A stretch of DNA of 32,000 nucleotides from Candidatus Saccharimonadota bacterium (GTDB taxonomy: Bacteria; Pseudomonadota; Gammaproteobacteria; Burkholderiales; Burkholderiaceae), in contig NZ_AP023215.1 of assembly GCF_016593155.1 (NCBI RefSeq), positions 300,001-332,000 on the forward strand, given 5' to 3'. The notes below the pieces were generated by a model. That model was not told the DNA's origin. It saw only the letters and a program-made list of their open reading frames with translations, and ran no database searches. The translations under genes were made by a program, and so were the position numbers. Shown here piece after piece: positions 30,070 to 32,000 of this stretch (positions are counted from its first letter, which is position 1; each line of letters opens with the position of its first letter).

Positions 30070-30918
30070 ATGCGCAATACTTTATTATTAGTAGATGGTT
30101 CTAGTTATATATATAGAGCATTTTACGCGTTACCTGATATAAGAAATATAGATAATTTTCCAGTTGGCGCGTTATATGGTACAATAAACATGTTACGTAA
30201 ATTATATAAAAATTATCAGGCAACTTATATTGCTTGTATATTTGACGCGAAAGGAAAAACCTTTAGAAATATTTTATATCCAGCTTATAAAGCTACGCGA
30301 AAAAAAATGCCATATAATTTAATTTTACAAATTAAGCTAATTCACACAGCGGTACGTGCAATAGGTTGGCCAATTTTAATAATGAAAGGAGTTGAAGCTG
30401 ATGATGTAATTGGCACACTCGCTAAGCAGGCGATCATTAAATATAATTTAAAAGTTATTATCTCAACTAATGATAAAGATATGGCACAATTAGTAAATAA
30501 TAAAATTATTCTTATTAATAATAATAAAATATATGATCGTACAGCTGTTATTTCTAAGTTTGGTGTGTCACCAGAAAAAATTGTTGATTATTTTAGTTTA
30601 ATAGGTGATGTATCAGATAACTTACCTGGAGTTAAAAAAATTGGACCTAAAACAGCTATTAAATTATTAAATCAATATCATTCTTTAGAAGGTATTATAA
30701 AGAATTCCAATAAAATTAAGGGCGTAATTGGAGAAAATTTACGGTTTTCATTAAATTGGTTACCAAAAATAAAAAAATTATTAACAATAAAGACGGATTG
30801 TAATCTTACTGAAAATATAGTATCAATTCCAGAATCCTTAATTATTCAACCTAAAGATGAAAAATTATTGATAAAATTATTAAATCAATATAAATTAAAA
30901 GAAAAATTTTTATATTAA
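30070..30918 (+). CDS. polA: Stand-alone 5'-3' exonuclease / flap endonuclease (Pol I N-terminal domain only)
   Basis: 282-aa ORF with 'LLLVDGSSYIYRAFYALP', 'GVEADDVIGTLA', 'TNDKDMAQL' and 'GDVSDNLPGVKKIGPKTA' (H3TH). It ends at 'LLIKLLNQYKLKEKF', collinear with the end of the Pol I 5'-nuclease domain (E. coli '...LLGLFKKYEFKRW'). No 3'-5' exonuclease or polymerase domain follows. Confidence 0.88.
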   Translation: MRNTLLLVDGSSYIYRAFYALPDIRNIDNFPVGALYGTINMLRKLYKNYQATYIACIFDAKGKTFRNILYPAYKATRKKMPYNLILQIKLIHTAVRAIGWPILIMKGVEADDVIGTLAKQAIIKYNLKVIISTNDKDMAQLVNNKIILINNNKIYDRTAVISKFGVSPEKIVDYFSLIGDVSDNLPGVKKIGPKTAIKLLNQYHSLEGIIKNSNKIKGVIGENLRFSLNWLPKIKKLLTIKTDCNLTENIVSIPESLIIQPKDEKLLIKLLNQYKLKEKFLY

Positions 30919-31073
30919 TTAATATTTAAATATTTATTACTTTTTAAAAATGTGTAATAATATCATTAATTATAAAAAAGTTATAATAGTTATGTAATTA
31001 AGCTATTTTACGATTTTAAAAAAATTTAGTATTTTAAAATTATCTAATTCAATTTAAATCATATAAAAATATT

Positions 31074-31814
31074 ATGACTAAACAAAAAAAAAAAATATTA
31101 TCATCTCAAGTTGATGTTTTTAAAACTATTGATCATAATACACTAAATATACCATTAAAAAATAATGATGATAATATCGCTGATACAGATTATGATATTG
31201 ATTGTAGTGATGCTAAATCGTTACTTGATTTAACTAATCATTTTTTAATTGCTATGCCTGGTTTTTCTACTCCATTTTTTGATGGGGCAGTAGTATATTT
31301 ATGTGAACATAATACGAATGGTGCATTTGGTATTATAATTAATAAACCTACTGATATGACTATAAATATTTTATTAGATAGCGATAGTAATTTAAAACTA
31401 AGATTAGTTCCTAATACTAAAGAATTTATTTTAGAAAAAACTACAAAACCTATTATGTTTGGGGGGCCAGTTCAGATTGATCGAGGATTTGTATTACATA
31501 ATATTGTTAATGAAAAATCATCATTTTTTAATTCAACTTTAAATATAACTTCTGATATTTCATTGACTACATCTAAGGATATTTTAGAATCTTTTTCTAG
31601 AGGAGATGGGCCTTCTCAATTATTAATTAGCTTAGGTTGCTCAGGATGGGGTTCTGGTCAATTAGAGGCAGAAATTATTAATAATCATTGGTTAATAGTT
31701 GATGCTAATTCTGAAGTTATTTTTAATGTTCCGTGTGAGCAACGATTTTTTGCTGCAGTAAAATTATTAGGAATTAACCCATTAATGCTAAGTAATCAAT
31801 ATGGATATGTCTAA
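31074..31814 (+). CDS. yqgE: YqgE/AlgH family protein (UPF0301)
   Basis: 246-aa ORF. From residue ~54, 'NHFLIAMPG...VVYLCEHNTNGAFGIIINKP...MFGGPVQIDRGFVLH...GCSGWGSGQLEAEI' is collinear with E. coli YqgE. The ~50-aa N-terminal extension is unconfirmed. Confidence 0.87.
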   Translation: MTKQKKKILSSQVDVFKTIDHNTLNIPLKNNDDNIADTDYDIDCSDAKSLLDLTNHFLIAMPGFSTPFFDGAVVYLCEHNTNGAFGIIINKPTDMTINILLDSDSNLKLRLVPNTKEFILEKTTKPIMFGGPVQIDRGFVLHNIVNEKSSFFNSTLNITSDISLTTSKDILESFSRGDGPSQLLISLGCSGWGSGQLEAEIINNHWLIVDANSEVIFNVPCEQRFFAAVKLLGINPLMLSNQYGYV

Positions 31815-32000
31815 TAATTTAATTAAATCTTTTTCTAATATTGAAATTATATTTGGTTTTGATTTTGGATTTAAAAGAATAGGAATTGCATTTGGAAATA
31901 CCTTAATAAAACATGCAAAACCTTTGAAAATTATTCATTCAATAACTAATAACGCGAAATTTAATGAAATTTCTAAATTAGTAGAAAATTGGAAACCAAA
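31801..32000 (+). CDS. ruvX: Putative pre-16S rRNA nuclease / Holliday-junction resolvase-like YqgF (RuvX), 5' partial at window edge
   Basis: Not in the ORF track. My own translation from ATG 31801 is MDMSNNLIKSFSNIEIIFGFDFGFKRIGIAFGNTLIKHAKPLKIIHS...LVENWKP. 'GFDFGFKRIGIAFG' matches the YqgF N-terminal motif (E. coli 'LGFDFGTKSIGVAVG'). It overlaps the yqgE 3' end by 14 nt in the conserved yqgE-yqgF order. The ORF is still open at 32000. Confidence 0.8.
   Translation, partial: MDMSNNLIKSFSNIEIIFGFDFGFKRIGIAFGNTLIKHAKPLKIIHSITNNAKFNEISKLVENWKP

Overview
This window looks like a dense block of housekeeping genes from an extremely AT-rich, reduced-genome proteobacterial endosymbiont. A betaproteobacterial (Burkholderiales-like) origin is my inference from protein features: the long S18 N-terminus, a CxC-type AhpC/Prx, a type-2 TyrS, and MidA- and Mth938-family proteins. 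I can support 29 complete CDSs and one partial CDS (ruvX). Two of these are missing from the ORF track: rpmG (55 aa) and the ruvX 5' end. I also call two tRNAs (Gly-GCC and Cys-GCA, neither with an encoded CCA), one multiply disrupted pseudogene, a bidirectional terminator and a few repeats. I see no rRNA, CRISPR array, transposase, integrase, phage gene, toxin-antitoxin pair or defence-like cassette, so I do not claim a novel multi-gene system. The most interesting signals are signatures of genome erosion. (1) lepB (signal peptidase I), in its conserved slot between lepA and rnc, is a pseudogene with three in-frame stops and at least three frame changes. (2) polA is reduced to a stand-alone 5'-nuclease domain. 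(3) Expected neighbours are cleanly missing: priB, ybeZ/phoH, lnt and era. (4) Homologues of two mitochondrial complex-I assembly factor families (MidA/NDUFAF7-like and Mth938/NDUFAF3-like) are retained as a divergent pair. (5) All 29 complete CDSs end in TAA. (6) Several ORF-free spacers are unusually long and carry small repeats or hairpins. All homology calls come from motif recognition by eye and need database confirmation.
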